Below the pieces are notes generated by a model that did no database searches, was not told the DNA's origin, and saw only the letters and a list, made by a program, of their open reading frames with translations. From Vicugna vicugna (taxonomy: Eukaryota): a stretch of DNA of 64,000 bases. The DNA is taken from assembly GCA_013265495.1 (NCBI GenBank), contig MU058475.1, positions 248,001 to 312,000 on the forward strand, given 5' to 3'. Both the position numbers and the translations under genes were made by a program. Below, piece by piece: positions 50,221 to 62,395 of the stretch. The stretch's first letter is position 1; each line of letters begins with the position of its first letter.

Positions 50221-51477
50221 GAAGGTGCACCTCAGGAGAAGGTGGCTGAAAGCCCCCATCATGGAAAGTTTCAAACACAAGAGCAAGAGCAGCCTGAAGG
50301 AGAACAGCTAGAGTCAGAGCGGAAAGGAAACCTTGCTTTGCTGGCTGACTCACCGGCAGCTACAAACACTGATTTAGATGAACCCTTTGCCTCTGCAGGG
50401 ATCTGGCCTCTTTGATGAAATACTCATCTGTATCTCTGTGAGCGCTCCGGGGACATGATTTTAGCTTCGCAGTGATTCATGCCAGACTGTTGCAGAGGCC
50501 AAATTACCTTAGTGCTCAGTTGAAGAGCTGAAATGGAGAAAGTGGGGTTGATCCGCATCAGGGTTCCTAAAAGCTTCATCTCAGCAAGAATTTAAAAATT
50601 CAGGTTAACTGAGCACTGCTCAGAATTCTTTATTAATTTTTTCTTGATGTATCCCCGGCGAAAAGTCAAATCTTTCTATCTTCTGTCGAAAACCACTACC
50701 TACCACTAGTGCTTGGAGCAGAGAGAGCAGTCTTTCAACTATAGATAAAGGAACAACACAAGGGGAGTCCTTGGGGACACAGAATGCCTAGTCTGACAAG
50801 CAGGGCCACCGCATGGCTTCTTCAGAGCAGGATGTGCGCTTGGACCTGGGAGCAAGGAGACAACATCGGGCTTTCGTGTTAATTAATGACACGAAGGAAG
50901 GTGAAGAAAGAGGTAAAACAACAGGGAGGTGTCTTCGTGGCTTGTTTTATGATCTGTGGTGACTGAAGACGGCTCACAAGGCCGGGAAGTGACCCTGTTC
51001 AGAGGGGACTGGCATTAAATAAAGAACAGACCCACTGGCTGGGGAGTCAAGAGCCTGCAGTGTTGCAGGACTTTGCAAGCCGGGTCGCAAACTGTCAATC
51101 CCAGTTTTGTGGTGGGTGTTCTCAGAAGAAGAGTCACAGAAGTCTTATTCCTGGAGAGGATCGATGAATTTAGAAGGAGACTTGATTAAATGCAAACAGG
51201 GAGACCCCTTCCCTTTGTGGAGAAGAGAAACTGTGTCAGCTAATGTATCCTTACTGGGAATCCATAGATTGCGCTTCCTCTATGAATTGTAGCAACATTT
51301 CCCAAATGGGTTTTGCCTGATATTCACCCTTTGGGATATTCTGCAGGAAAAGGGATTCATGGTCAAGTTTTGGGAAAATGCTACCTAAAATACCTTTTTT
51401 GCAGACACATGCAGAAGGCTAGTCCACAAAAAAAAAAAAAAGAAAGAAAGGAAAAACTACAAAAAAAAAGTTGGCTT

Positions 51478-51670
51478 TTATTTGTTTTCATTTTTCAGTT
51501 TTATTAGGTAGAATTGTCACAGTTTGCACATGTACAATATAGTACATGTAAATACATATATACAATATAATGCCCATATTTTAAAAATTTACATATATGT
51601 ACTGTTCATTGTTTCTAAGAACGTTTAGAGCTTTAGCTTTTTAAACTTACATAGTTATCAAAGAATAAAT
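51478..51670 (-). pseudogene. Retroposed polyadenylated RNA 3' end, copy 2 (paralogue of 35979-36277)
   Basis: Shares exact 29-nt and 32-nt blocks with copy 1; own TSD gttggctt (51470-51477 / 51671-51678). Confidence 0.75.
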
Positions 51671-53329
51671 GTTGGCTTATTTTTTTTTGTAAAAGATGGA
51701 ATTATAAACTGTTAAAAATGGTTACGGGGAGGGAGCATAGATAGAAATTAGACTTATCTGAATATACATTGCTTTTTGTATATTTAACTTCACAATTATG
51801 TAAATATTATGGAGAATTCTAAAACAAAGCTAAACAAAATTTGAAAAAGCAATCACTGAAAATTGAAAGTAAAATAAAACAAATGAACCTGTTCCGAGGT
51901 GGGACATCATTCTAAGAAGGAACTATTCCAGTTGACTTTGAAACAGAATTATTTAACCGTACATCCCTTGTGTGCATAAACTCTTAGCATATAAACCAGA
52001 ACAAACCAAATCACCCAACCAAACAAGAAAACACCCCCAAGGTATGAAACTGTCTTCAGTAATCACACTGTTGATAGGAGTGTTAATATTGTCATTTGGA
52101 AACTTTTGTGTGTGTTGTTATTGGAAAAGTAATTACGCTGGTGGTGCTGAGAACTGAGATTTTTGGCATAGTCAAAAGGAAATACAAATGCAAAATTGAT
52201 GAGGTTATGTAAAAACCTGTAGCCTCGAATTTGAATTTGAAATATTAATATGAACTCATGATGTATTTTATCTTCAACAAAACAAAACATATTTCTAAAC
52301 TCCATCCACCCAAAATGCCTAAAGTCTATAACCTACCCAGTAGCAATTAGCACCCCTCAAACCTAGACTGTGTTCTTTAAATGTCACTTGTCATTAAAAG
52401 GAACCACGACTCTTTGGAGAAATGATTGCTTCCAGGTTTAGGGCACAAAAGAGCCTGGAATTTTTGTCAGACCAGGAAAAAAAAAAAGAGCCCTTTAATT
52501 CTACTAGAATGATGTCAAAAGGACTGGAGAGCTGGCGAATCTCAACAAATTCTCGTTGACCAAAGATGGGATGACTTCAGCATCAATGAGGCTAATTAAT
52601 ATAATATTTACATGTAAAGGTTCACAATGATACCAAAAAGGAAAACCCTTATTGGATACCTTTAGAGCATTTCAGGGAACCACCTATTTATTTTGAAAAC
52701 AAGTAAATTAAGGGAAAGAATCAGAAGTCCATTTTGGTTTTCTTGTATGATCTTTATCTCAGGGTAACCAACAGGAGATAAAGGAAAATTTCTCTTTAGA
52801 GGAAGTCAACTGTTAAATGAAGAAGAAATAGCAAACTTGAGATATCATCAGGCAGTGTTGGTCAGTGACCTCTGACATCACACAGAGAGAACACTGCATA
52901 TCATGTACCTCTGAAAGAAGTAATCTTGCCAATAAAGAATAAAAATTAACCTAAATCTGATCAAGACTCTAGACCTTATTACTGATTTACAGAACTACAA
53001 GGGACAGAGGAACTTGCTAAATAACACCACAGAGATATAGTCAGCAAAACCCAGAGAGTGGAAAACTATAAATACGACCTTGTTTCTTAAATAGATATTT
53101 TAGGGGGAGGAAGGGAAGAAATGGAGAATAAAATGTAGGTTAAAAGAGAGTTAGAAGACATAACAAACAATTGGAATATGTGGGTCTTATTTTGATTCTG
53201 ATTTAAATAAACTATAAGTGAGATTACAATCCAATCAGGAAAAGGGAACACTGAGTGGATTTGATATTAAGGAATTATAAACATTTTTATGTCTAATGAC
53301 ATTAAAGAAAACAGTTCTCTTTTGTCACC

Positions 53330-53790
53330 TTTAAAAATTTAAGTATAGTTGATTTAGAATGTTGTGTTAGTTTCAAGTGTACAGCAAAGTGATTCAGTTA
53401 TATATATAATATATATATGTATACACACACACTTTTTCAGATTATTTTCCATTATTAGGTTATTACAAGATATTGAATGTAATTCTTTGTGCTATACAGT
53501 AGGTCCTTGTTATTTATCTATTTTATATGTAGTAGTTTTTATCTGCTAATCCCAAACTCCTAATTTATCCCTCCCCTCTTCCCCTTTAGTAACCATAGTT
53601 TGTTTTCTATATCTGTGAATCAATTTCTGGTTTGTAAATATGTTCATTTGTATCACTCTTTAAAGTTTCCGCATGTAGGTGATATGATATTTGTCTTTCT
53701 CTGTCTGACTTACTTCACATAGTATGAACATTTCTCCATCCATCCGTGTTGCTGCAAATGACATTTCCTTTTCATTTATGGCTAAGTAAA
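53330..53790 (-). mobile_element. LINE-1 3' UTR fragment
   Basis: aagtatagttgattta..gtacagcaaagtgattcagttat..ctaatcccaaactcctaatttatccctcccc. Confidence 0.9.
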
Positions 53791-53872
53791 GAAGAGAGTT
53801 CTTTATTAACTTAAAAAAATGGTATTAAAGAGAAAACTGTGCATTGAAGGAAAAAATTCTTATCTTTTAGAG

Positions 53873-54046
53873 CAGGGGTTGGCACACTGTGGCCTGTTGG
53901 CCAACTCTGGCCTGCTGCCTGCTGGGAAAATAAAGCTTACTGGAGCTCAGCCATCCCCATTTGTCTACACTGCTTTCCTACGACAGTGGCAGATCTGAGT
54001 AGTTCTCAACAGAGACCTTACCTGGCCCTTTGCTGACCAACCCCTG
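53873..54046. mobile_element. MER58A-like hAT-Charlie MITE
   Basis: Perfect 10-bp TIR caggggttgg / ccaacccctg; aaataaagcttactgga..cagcca body. Confidence 0.8.
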
Positions 54047-54649
54047 TCTTTACAGATGAAATGATGGGACCCTGGGCTTTGCTTTAAAATATCCCAGGGA
54101 TGGGAGGATGGGTGGTGACAGAGATGAGCTGGGATTGATGGTGTTGACCTTGGGTTTACATTTGAGTTCATTATACTGTTTTCCTTCTACTTTCACGGGG
54201 TTTTGAATTTTTTTATAATAAAATATTTTAAAAATAAGGTAAATCTGTGCTTAATGACATAAAAATATTTTTGAGATATATTGTTAAGTGAATAAAGTCA
54301 GTTGGAAAAAATGACTCCATCTGAGTAAAAAGTATATTTATATTGTATATCTGTATAGACAAACGTGTGGGAAACAGCAGACGAAACTGTTCAGAGTCAG
54401 GGTGGCCATGGTGGAATGGGAAATGGGTTTTGTTTTTTACTTCATATAATGCTGTTCCATTTAACATTTTTCTTAACTATGTTTTTTATAGTAATTTTGA
54501 AAAAGTTACAGACTGTATCACAGGTTCTCTCTAGTCCCGCACTGAATTCCAAATAAAACTGGTGACCAGTTCTTGATAAAAGATTTTCCAAAGACATTTG
54601 GCCAGCATCTCTTGAATATCTTTTCTATTTTTAAAGAAAATTCCACATC

Positions 54650-55052
54650 AGGAATCCCACATTTCAAGAGTGGAGGACAGGACTCAGCATCCCAGCCTCC
54701 TCTGTGGCTGGTGAGTGGGTGTGAGAGCCAGGCTCTGCGATCACACAGACCCAGTGAGGGGGAGATGGGAGCTGCAGGAGAGAGGACCACCATTGGGCGA
54801 GTGGGTCAGGGGAGTCTACCTTTTCCCAGACAGCTCCTGGTGTGGGACCCAGGCTGCATCAGCACAGCTGTGGCCCCAAAATCACTGCCCACTGCGGGGC
54901 GCTGCTGCCAGGGGAAAGGGGTGGGGCTTTGCTGGAGCAGCCCTTCCTGCAGAGCGTCTGTAAACCCCTCACATCCTCTAATAAATCCCTTGCTTTTTAA
55001 AATGAGACTCAATGGATATTTTTGTTTGCAAGTATGAATCCTAATGCATACT
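54650..55052 (+). mobile_element. Ancient ERVL LTR (LTR33-like)
   Basis: tcccagcctcctctgtggctgg..ccaggctctg; ctaataaatccctt..ttgcaa..aatcctaa. Confidence 0.55.
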
Positions 55053-55501
55053 ACTGTGCACTTTCTTTATATGATTGTAACAGCTGCTTTCTTTTCCTTA
55101 TCTTATTTTTCCATTTAAAAAATAATAGATGATTGGTAAATATTTGTTGACCGAATGAATGGTTGAGTCTGTTACTCCTTCTGTCAGGCAGGGCCCAACA
55201 CAAGGGCAGGTTTGAAATTTATGTACAGGGAACATTAACACCCCGTAGAACTTAGCCCAGAATTGCAGAATGAGTCACTTCTGAGCCAGGTGCATGCAGC
55301 CTGCTTTGGGTACAGCTGGGACCAGCTCCCAAGTCACCTGCTTCATAAGCCTGGCCTTTCCACCCTGTTACTCTGTCTGGTGTCATCAGATAATTCTTCC
55401 AGCTTTGACCTCTGGGCCAGATTTACCTTTAAAGAGGCAGGTGAGTAAAGAATAAGTGGGGAGAATTACAAAATACAGGGTTGGGGGGGTACTCATTTCC
55501 T

Positions 55502-55638
55502 ACTTTTTGTTTGTTTGTTTTATGAGGAGGGTAATTAGGTTTATTTATTTATTTCTATTTGGAGGAGGGACTGGGGATTGAACCCAGGACCTTGGGCATG
55601 CTAAGCATGTGCTCTACCACTGAGCTGTATTCTCCCTC
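55502..55638 (-). mobile_element. Camelid tRNA-derived SINE
   Basis: A/B boxes; TSD ctcatttcct (55492-55501 / 55639-55648). Confidence 0.9.
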
Positions 55639-56479
55639 CTCATTTCCTGTTTTTATCAAACCCTGAAAATTTATCTAAAATTTTCTTCTGTATCAAAAGC
55701 CTTCAAAGGCGGTGGCAATGTTATCATTTTTGTCGCAATAACCCCAAGTACAGTGACCTGTAAAAAGATGAAAAATCTTTGAAAGTCAGGGTGTCAGATC
55801 ACTTGAGAACAACCTTTCCCGTGAGCTCAGTAATTCAGACAACTTTCATCAAAAGAAGAGAAAGAGCTGTCACGCTATGATAACCCACGTTTCCATCTGT
55901 AGCCTTCAGTTTTCAGTCCCTCTGGCCCAGGAACGATAGACCTTCTATAAGATGAGGCGAAGAAGCCATCTGAGTATGGGATACCCAGTCCCCGTGGCCG
56001 TGTCTCCCAAGGCAGGACAAATTTTTTGAGACAGGAAAACCCCAGAGGAACCTAGCAAAGGCCAATGAGAGGAGACCCCAGTCCCTTCCTTCTCCAGGCT
56101 TTGAGGCCCAAGGCTGTGGTTTGCCCAGGGGAGCATGGTTCACTCAGGGACAACTCTATGGCTTGGCAGGACTTTTTCAGATCCTGCTGTTTCAAACCTA
56201 AAGTACCTGGAATACTCTAGAAGTTTAAAGTTCCTGGAACATCTCGTGTTGAAGAGGTCTAACAAAAGTTACTGTATGGACAAGCTTCCTTTAAGTTTCA
56301 GTTCTCTAAGTTTCTAAATTTCATCTTAACTCATTGGGAATTTCATTAAACTGCCTTTGCACTAGCTCCTGGGAGGCAAATGCTTTCCTGGTTTCTTAAA
56401 ACATTTCCTCGACAAATCTCTTCATGGTTTCAGGCGGAATGTGAGTGGGGAGCCTCCCCCTCTTCTTTCCTGGAAAAGA

Positions 56480-56890
56480 CCCTGGCTATTTCTGACAGAT
56501 GGAAGCACATTGATTAAATCTAAAGCTACTGAATAATAAAAACTCATGAAAAATAAATGCGCTCAGAGAAATAACCTTCTCTATAGCAGCCCATTCCATC
56601 ATATTTTCCTGACGGCCTATCTAATTTATGAAGGCAATTCCATGGCAATTTCTCTTAATTTCCTATTATGGGTAATTTATTTTTCCCCCTTTGGAACGTG
56701 TAGTGTAAAAGTTTTCATTGCACACACAAGGGGAAGGGAGACAGCCTCCCACACTGAGCTGATGCCAACCCAACGTCTTGAATTGCCCCTTGGATATAAG
56801 CTTTGGTAAAAGTTAACCAGTTGAAAGGCTGTCAAGTATATAGTGAGAACAGTTTTGACGAGAGTCCCTATTTAAACCCTGAATGCAAGG
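56480..56890. promoter_or_regulatory. Candidate PBX-HOX/MEIS enhancer
   Basis: CTGACAG 56492-56498, TGATTAAAT 56511-56519, TAATAAAA, TTTATGA 56625-56631; motif evidence only. Confidence 0.35.
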
Positions 56891-57721
56891 AGAGGTTTTA
56901 GCTGCCACAAGGTGAAAACTATTGGGGAAAAATCGGGCGCCCGTGGTCATAGATTCTGAAAGCAGATTCTCGGCATTTTCAGCACGATCCAGAGGAACCA
57001 GCCAACTCCCCCAAGATGTTGTCCATCCACTGCTGGGTGCACAGCCCTCCCCCCCACTGCTGATCTAACCACCTTCAGTAGACTAGGAACAGAACAGCAG
57101 TCAGAACTGGGAGGAGACAGGAATACGGTTGTTGGCTAAGCGGGACACACAAGATGGAACTCATACTGCTTGACCCAACCCCGTGGAAGCTGTCTTTGGG
57201 AAGAAGAAAACCGCAGAGAAGGTCCAAAGTGGCAAAGTGACTGCCTCCCCAGGGCGTCCCCGGGGTGAAGGTGAGAGGCGGGTGGAGCAGCCGGGACCGC
57301 AGTGTGCATCGCGGTCGCAGGCACCGCGTCCCGCAGGGTGGCAAATTCAGCTTCACGCATCTTCTTGGTCAATAAACGTGGATTCCATAAATCTAACTAT
57401 CCTGCCGAAGAAGGCTAAGCTGTTTCCTCCTCCCAAACAGAATGAAGACCGATTGTTAAATTTCTAATGTCTATGAAATATTGGAAAGGACAGAGACCTT
57501 AGAGCTGGAAGACCTTCATCTGCGTCCAGGCTGTGTGATCTTTCATTTGATGTTCTGTTTCCCATCTGCAAAGATGCTGTGACTTGGAATGATATCTCTG
57601 CCACTGAGAATGGTGTGACGTGGGCAAATACCTTCCTCTCATGCTGCTCCGTGAAGCACCATTTTGATCTGTTCTCAGTTTTTACTAACTTTACTGTCAT
57701 TTCCATGCAATTCATTACTTT

Positions 57722-57782
57722 AAAAAAAATGGAGGAACTGGGACTTAGCGTGCACTCTACCACTGAGCTGTACCCACCTCCT
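57722..57782 (-). mobile_element. Internally deleted camelid SINE (B box lost)
   Basis: atggaggaactggga joined directly to cttagcgtgcactctaccactgagct. Confidence 0.7.
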
Positions 57783-57817
57783 ATAATTCAGTATTTTACT
57801 TTTATCATCTTATCTGT

Positions 57818-57910
57818 ATTTTTTTAAAAATTGAAGTATAGTCAGTTACAATGTATCAATTTCTGGTCTACAGCATAATGTCGCAGTCATGCATACACAT
57901 ACACACATTC
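57818..57910 (-). mobile_element. ~90-bp LINE-1 3'-terminal fragment
   Basis: attgaagtatagtcagttacaatgtatcaatttctgg. Confidence 0.85.
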
Positions 57911-57911
57911 T

Positions 57912-58382
57912 AAATGCAAGCTCGTGGGCCCAACACACTGTGAGACCAAAGAAACTGAAATGTCGGAATTTAGAGCAGAGAAAGATTTATTGCAGGGCTG
58001 AGCAAGGAAGATGGGGTAGGGGCTCATGCCTAAGAAAACCCCAAGCTCCCTGAAGGGTTTCAACAAAGCATATTTAAAGACCAGGTAAGGGAGGGGGGAT
58101 CACAGTTACGTGATCGGCTTGTGCCCAGTCCTCTAACTGGTTGATGTGGAGGGACCAGAGCGTCCACACTATTACCCTTTAGGTGCCAGAAGGCCTGGGG
58201 GCACGTGCTCATGATCATCAAGTAGTTAGTTTTTTCCCTTTGGTGGTGGTTTTTAGCATCTGAAAAACTTAGAAAATATACATGAGATGCTATTATATGG
58301 ATGCTTCAGAGAGGGGCTGCAGCAGAGGATATAGGGGAAGGGGCTGATTCAGGAAGGCCACACAGGGTTCTGCTGGGTTACA
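57912..58382 (-). mobile_element. Solo ERV1-type LTR, same family as 62442-62914
   Basis: Collinear with 62442-62914; ends gttaca; left terminus disrupted by the L1 fragment. Confidence 0.85.
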
Positions 58383-59225
58383 TCTTGAGCTCGTCTCAGA
58401 GGTTGGGACAAAGGCCCACGTCTTAGGACTCCCTGTTTGGCACGGTGCTGGCTGTGCGCTGAGCTGGGAAAATACAGGGTAGTTGAGGAAATGCTTGGGG
58501 ATTAAGGAAAAGACCTTCACTTTCCTCAAGTGTCACTGCCTAGTCGTGACCTAAAATGTCTGGTGACTACCCCTCTGGACTCTGGGACAGCATAGACTCT
58601 TGGGGTGTCCACGGGCATTGCTGAGAAAGCATAAATTGGGGCCTGCCACGCACATGGGAACCACGTGACAAGGCTTTCTCCCTCTGCTCACCAGATTGTC
58701 TTTTTAATTAGTTGAAGTGTGCAGGCTTTAAGTCATAACAAGATGATGCAAGTTGGTTACCCAGCAGTAATTTAAATGTAGGCACAACTGTGATGTCTGA
58801 ATTAAGAAGAATGTGATTGCTTTATGGCGCTGTAGTTTTCCAGAGGCGGGGAGCCCCGCCCGGGACTGCCTGGCTGCGGCTGATAAGAGCGGTGGCCACA
58901 CTCAGCTGGCTGCGAGAGAAGGAATCTTCAGACCCTCGCCCTGGACAACCTGAGCTCTCCTGACAGGTGGGGCAGGCCCTGCCAGCTGCCAAGACCCAGC
59001 CACCCTCACCCCACCTGCAGGGGAGGAGGAGTAGATAGATCTGAAGAGAGCCACCCCCAGGCTCGGTATTTATTGGGTAGCAAGATGGGGCCAAGAACCG
59101 TGCTCAGCAGTGGGCACGCAGAAAGGAATGGGACAGTCCCCTGAAGAGTCAGAATCACTTAAATCATTAAATCATTGAAGTCGGATTCATGGTCAGTTGA
59201 GAGATTAGGTGGGTGTTTGTCCATG

Positions 59226-59259
<34 letters not shown>
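59226..59259. repeat. (CT)n(CA)n compound microsatellite
   Basis: Direct inspection. Confidence 0.9.
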
Positions 59260-59523
59260 TTAGGATCAACCATCCCAGTAGGAGGAAATGTGTAGCTCTG
59301 ACCCTACCGTTGGAAAGGGGTGATGCCAAGAGTTCCAGGAACAGCCGGATCGACAAAGCCCCTGTTGATGGTGGCTTTGCCAACACCTAACACACAGGAA
59401 AGCTCCACCTTGAAGATGGGCAGTTAACTAGTGACCTATGGGGGTCAGCACTTTGTATATGTCCCCAGTGCAAAGTGTCATTGATCCTCCAGCTTCTATC
59501 AGTTGAAATGTTGTGGCAAAGTG

Positions 59524-59988
59524 TGTTACAGCTCATTGTTACAACTCAGTTGTGACAGCAACCTGGATCCTGATGAGAGACCAAGCAGAACTTGGAAAGT
59601 TGGAGAACTCAGGTTTATTACACCAGCTGGCCCAGAGGAGTTAACACTCCAAGCTCTGGACCCCGTTTGTAGGTTTACACAGGCTTTTATAGGCTGCCAG
59701 TCTAGACTTTGCAACATCATATGCAAATAATGTGTAACAAAGTTGACTAATCAGGAATGAGCTTTTTAGAAATGGACCAATCAGGAGTGATAGAAATGGG
59801 CCAATCACGAGTGAGCTGAGGGAACCAATAGAATCTTAGGGGTAAGTTCCACTTTCCTAGAAGCAAGCCGTTTCAGAGGCAAAAAGTGAGATAATGCCAC
59901 CGGGCCAAGGAACCAGATGGTGCTGGCAGGAGAGTAGTGGCCCTGCCTGGGGGTTCTGCTGGTCTTTTTCATGGGGCTTCCCACTTCA
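59524..59988 (-). mobile_element. Solo ERV LTR related to 4864-5369
   Basis: gttggagaactcaggtttattacacc..cagaggag matches 4911-4952; TATA, octamer and CCAAT repeats; TSD not resolved. Confidence 0.8.
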
Positions 59989-60734
59989 GTACTTTCCAGA
60001 CCGGCTCTGTAGGGAACCTGCCCTGCCGTGGTCAGAAGTCCCAAGCCGAGAATCCCCATGTCAACTCCTCTCTGACACTGGCATCATTGTCATCACTTCT
60101 TGGCTGAATTGCTGACATGGTCTGTTTACTCCAGGCACGATGTCACCACTGTAACTGGTTCCAGCTTTGCTTGGCTCTGACAGCTGAACGGTCCTTTTCC
60201 ATGTCATAGCTCTTCCTGTGGTTTCCTCCAATCCTTGTGGTTTCCTATGACTGACGCCACCTCAGGGTGTGTAGACCCCCTCAGGAGTCTGCCTGTCTGA
60301 AAGGAGGAGAATGTGGAATAAGAAACAGTTGTAGACCCATTTCTTATTTTTCAGAGGAAGAGGTATTTCCCAATTGAACAAGCATCAGTCAGGAAAGGTG
60401 AGCCACAGATTTTGAGAGATAAGTTTCCTTCATACCTGGACATGTAAGGACCTTGGAGGAAGCATCCAAATTTAGATTCAGGCAAAGAAAGTGAGATTTA
60501 AGATGGCACAAGAGTCAAGGGTCCATAACTGGTCAGTGTCTGATGGGAAAATAGAGTCACAGGGATGGGGGGAAAGTTTATATAACCCCAGGGGTCCCGA
60601 CTTCCGGAGCATCAGAACTGCTACTTGTGGTCCGGAATGTTCCTGACCGCTCAGTGGCCCTCTTGGAGCTCCCTACTTCTGGGAAGGGAAGAGCCATGCC
60701 GTCTGGTTCTCCATTGCCAGCCAGGTTGGGATTT

Positions 60735-61550
60735 TTTTTTTACATTTTTTATTGATTTATAATCATTTTACAATGTTGTGTCAAATTCCAGTGTTCAGCA
60801 CAATTTTTCAGTCATTCATGGACATATACACACTCACTGTCACCTTTTTTTCTCTGTGATTTATCATAACATTTTGTGTATATTTCCCTGTGCTATACAG
60901 TGTAATCTTGTTTATCTATTCTACAATTTTGAAATCCCAGTCTATCCCTTCCCACCCTCTACCCCCCTGGTAACCACAAGTCTGTATTCTCTGTCCATGA
61001 GTCTATTTCTGTCCTGTACTTATGCTTTGTTTTTGTTTGTTTGTTTGTTTTTGTTTTTTAGATTCCACATATGAGCGATCTCATATGGTATTTTTCTTTC
61101 TCTTTCTGGCTTACTTCACTTAGAATGACATTCTCCAGGAGCATCCATGTTGCTGCAAATGGCATTATGTTGTCGGTTTTTATGGCTGAGTAGTATTCCA
61201 TTGTATAAATATACCACATCTTCTTTATCCAGTGACCTGTTGATGGACATTTAGGCTGTTTCCATGTTTTGGCTATTGTAAATAGTGCTGCTATGAACAT
61301 TGGGGTGCAGGTGTCATCCTGAAGTAGATTTCCTTCTGGGTACAAGCCCAGGAGTGGGATTCCTGGGTCATATGGTAAGTCTATTCCTAGTCTTTTGAGG
61401 AATCTCCACACTGTTTTCCATAGTGGCTGCACCAAACTGCATTCCCACCAGCAGTGTAGGAGGGTTCCCCTTTCTCCACAGCCTCTCCAGCATTTGTCAT
61501 TTTTGGATTTTTGAATGACGGCCATTCTGACTGGTGTGAGGTGATACCTC
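60735..61550 (-). mobile_element. Young 5'-truncated LINE-1 with uninterrupted ORF2 C-terminus
   Basis: Open frame [12 protein letters not shown]...HMRSLICGI* (61550-61058); TSD gggattttttt (60728-) / gggatttcttt (61551-). Confidence 0.95.
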
Positions 61551-62139
61551 GGGATTTCTTTAGAATAGCATTTCTCTGAAATATTTCGTAGTCTTTTAGT
61601 GTGTCTTCTTTCAACTTGTTCTCTGCGTAAATAATCAATCAAAGATCTTGTCTGTACACCGTTTTTCAGCCTGAAGACTCCTGTCTTACCATTTGTTCTG
61701 CCCCCAGCTTAATGTCTCTGTTGCAGGCCGTCTGAAAGAGTGCGCTTTGGCGTGAAGGTTAATATCCGTGTCAGCAGCTCACTCTTTATGAGCGGGTCAC
61801 CATCTTGTTTTCTCTAAATGGCTGTTTTCTGGCTCCCACTCGTCATGCTTCTGTTGGGGCTGTGGGCAGACAGTCCCTCCCCCAACTTTGCAACTTCTTT
61901 TCCTTCTCTGCCGTCTGGATCACTCTGTGCTGGTCTCAATCTGTCTTTCAGGATTTTGTTCAAGGAGACGTGGAACCATTAGGCAGGATTGCCTACCTAC
62001 ATTGCTGGACTCCCTACCAAATGAAAATGCAGAGCCCCTTGTGCAGAAATCCCGAATGCCAAAAAGGTGATGGCAGAGCCTCTGTGGAGGGCAGGCTGCT
62101 CAGAAGTGGGAGTCCTGCCTGGGCGGCCCACCTGTGAAG

Positions 62140-62395
62140 CCAGGGCTGAACATCTAAAGGAGACTGCAGGGGACGTGGGGCAGTGGTGACAGAGCCCGCT
62201 GCTGCTTCACACCAAGGAGGTGACCCAGCAGGTCAGGGATGAGCCACACAATGTCTCCAGCTCCTGCCGGCCTCCAGGCTTCCCAGGAAGCTCTCGCATG
62301 GCCCACCCAGTGGAACCTGCAAGGTAGGGTGTTCTGGGAAATGCGGTTCAGCCTGAGCAAGCTGGCCCATTTCAAAGCCATTGCTGTTACCACCT
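62140..62395 (-). mobile_element. Ancient ERVL/MaLR-type LTR fragment
   Basis: gttctgggaaatgcggttcagcctgagcaagctgg..aaagcca terminus-like motif. Confidence 0.45.

Larger units (their letters stand above)
51690..54500 (+). mobile_element. Old L1MC/MD-like long 3' region with nested insertions
   Basis: ggagaaatgattgcttccagg, tgaccaaagatgggatga, gtggatttgatattaaggaatta motifs. Confidence 0.65.

Noticed and set aside
55403..55446. Possible 38-bp exon (ttcttccag ... gcag/gtgagt)
   Set aside because: Good donor but weak pyrimidine tract, no recognisable peptide and no partner exons.
61058..61642. 194-aa ORF as a chimeric gene
   Set aside because: It is the L1 ORF2 C-terminus with a chance open extension across the TSD into flanking DNA.
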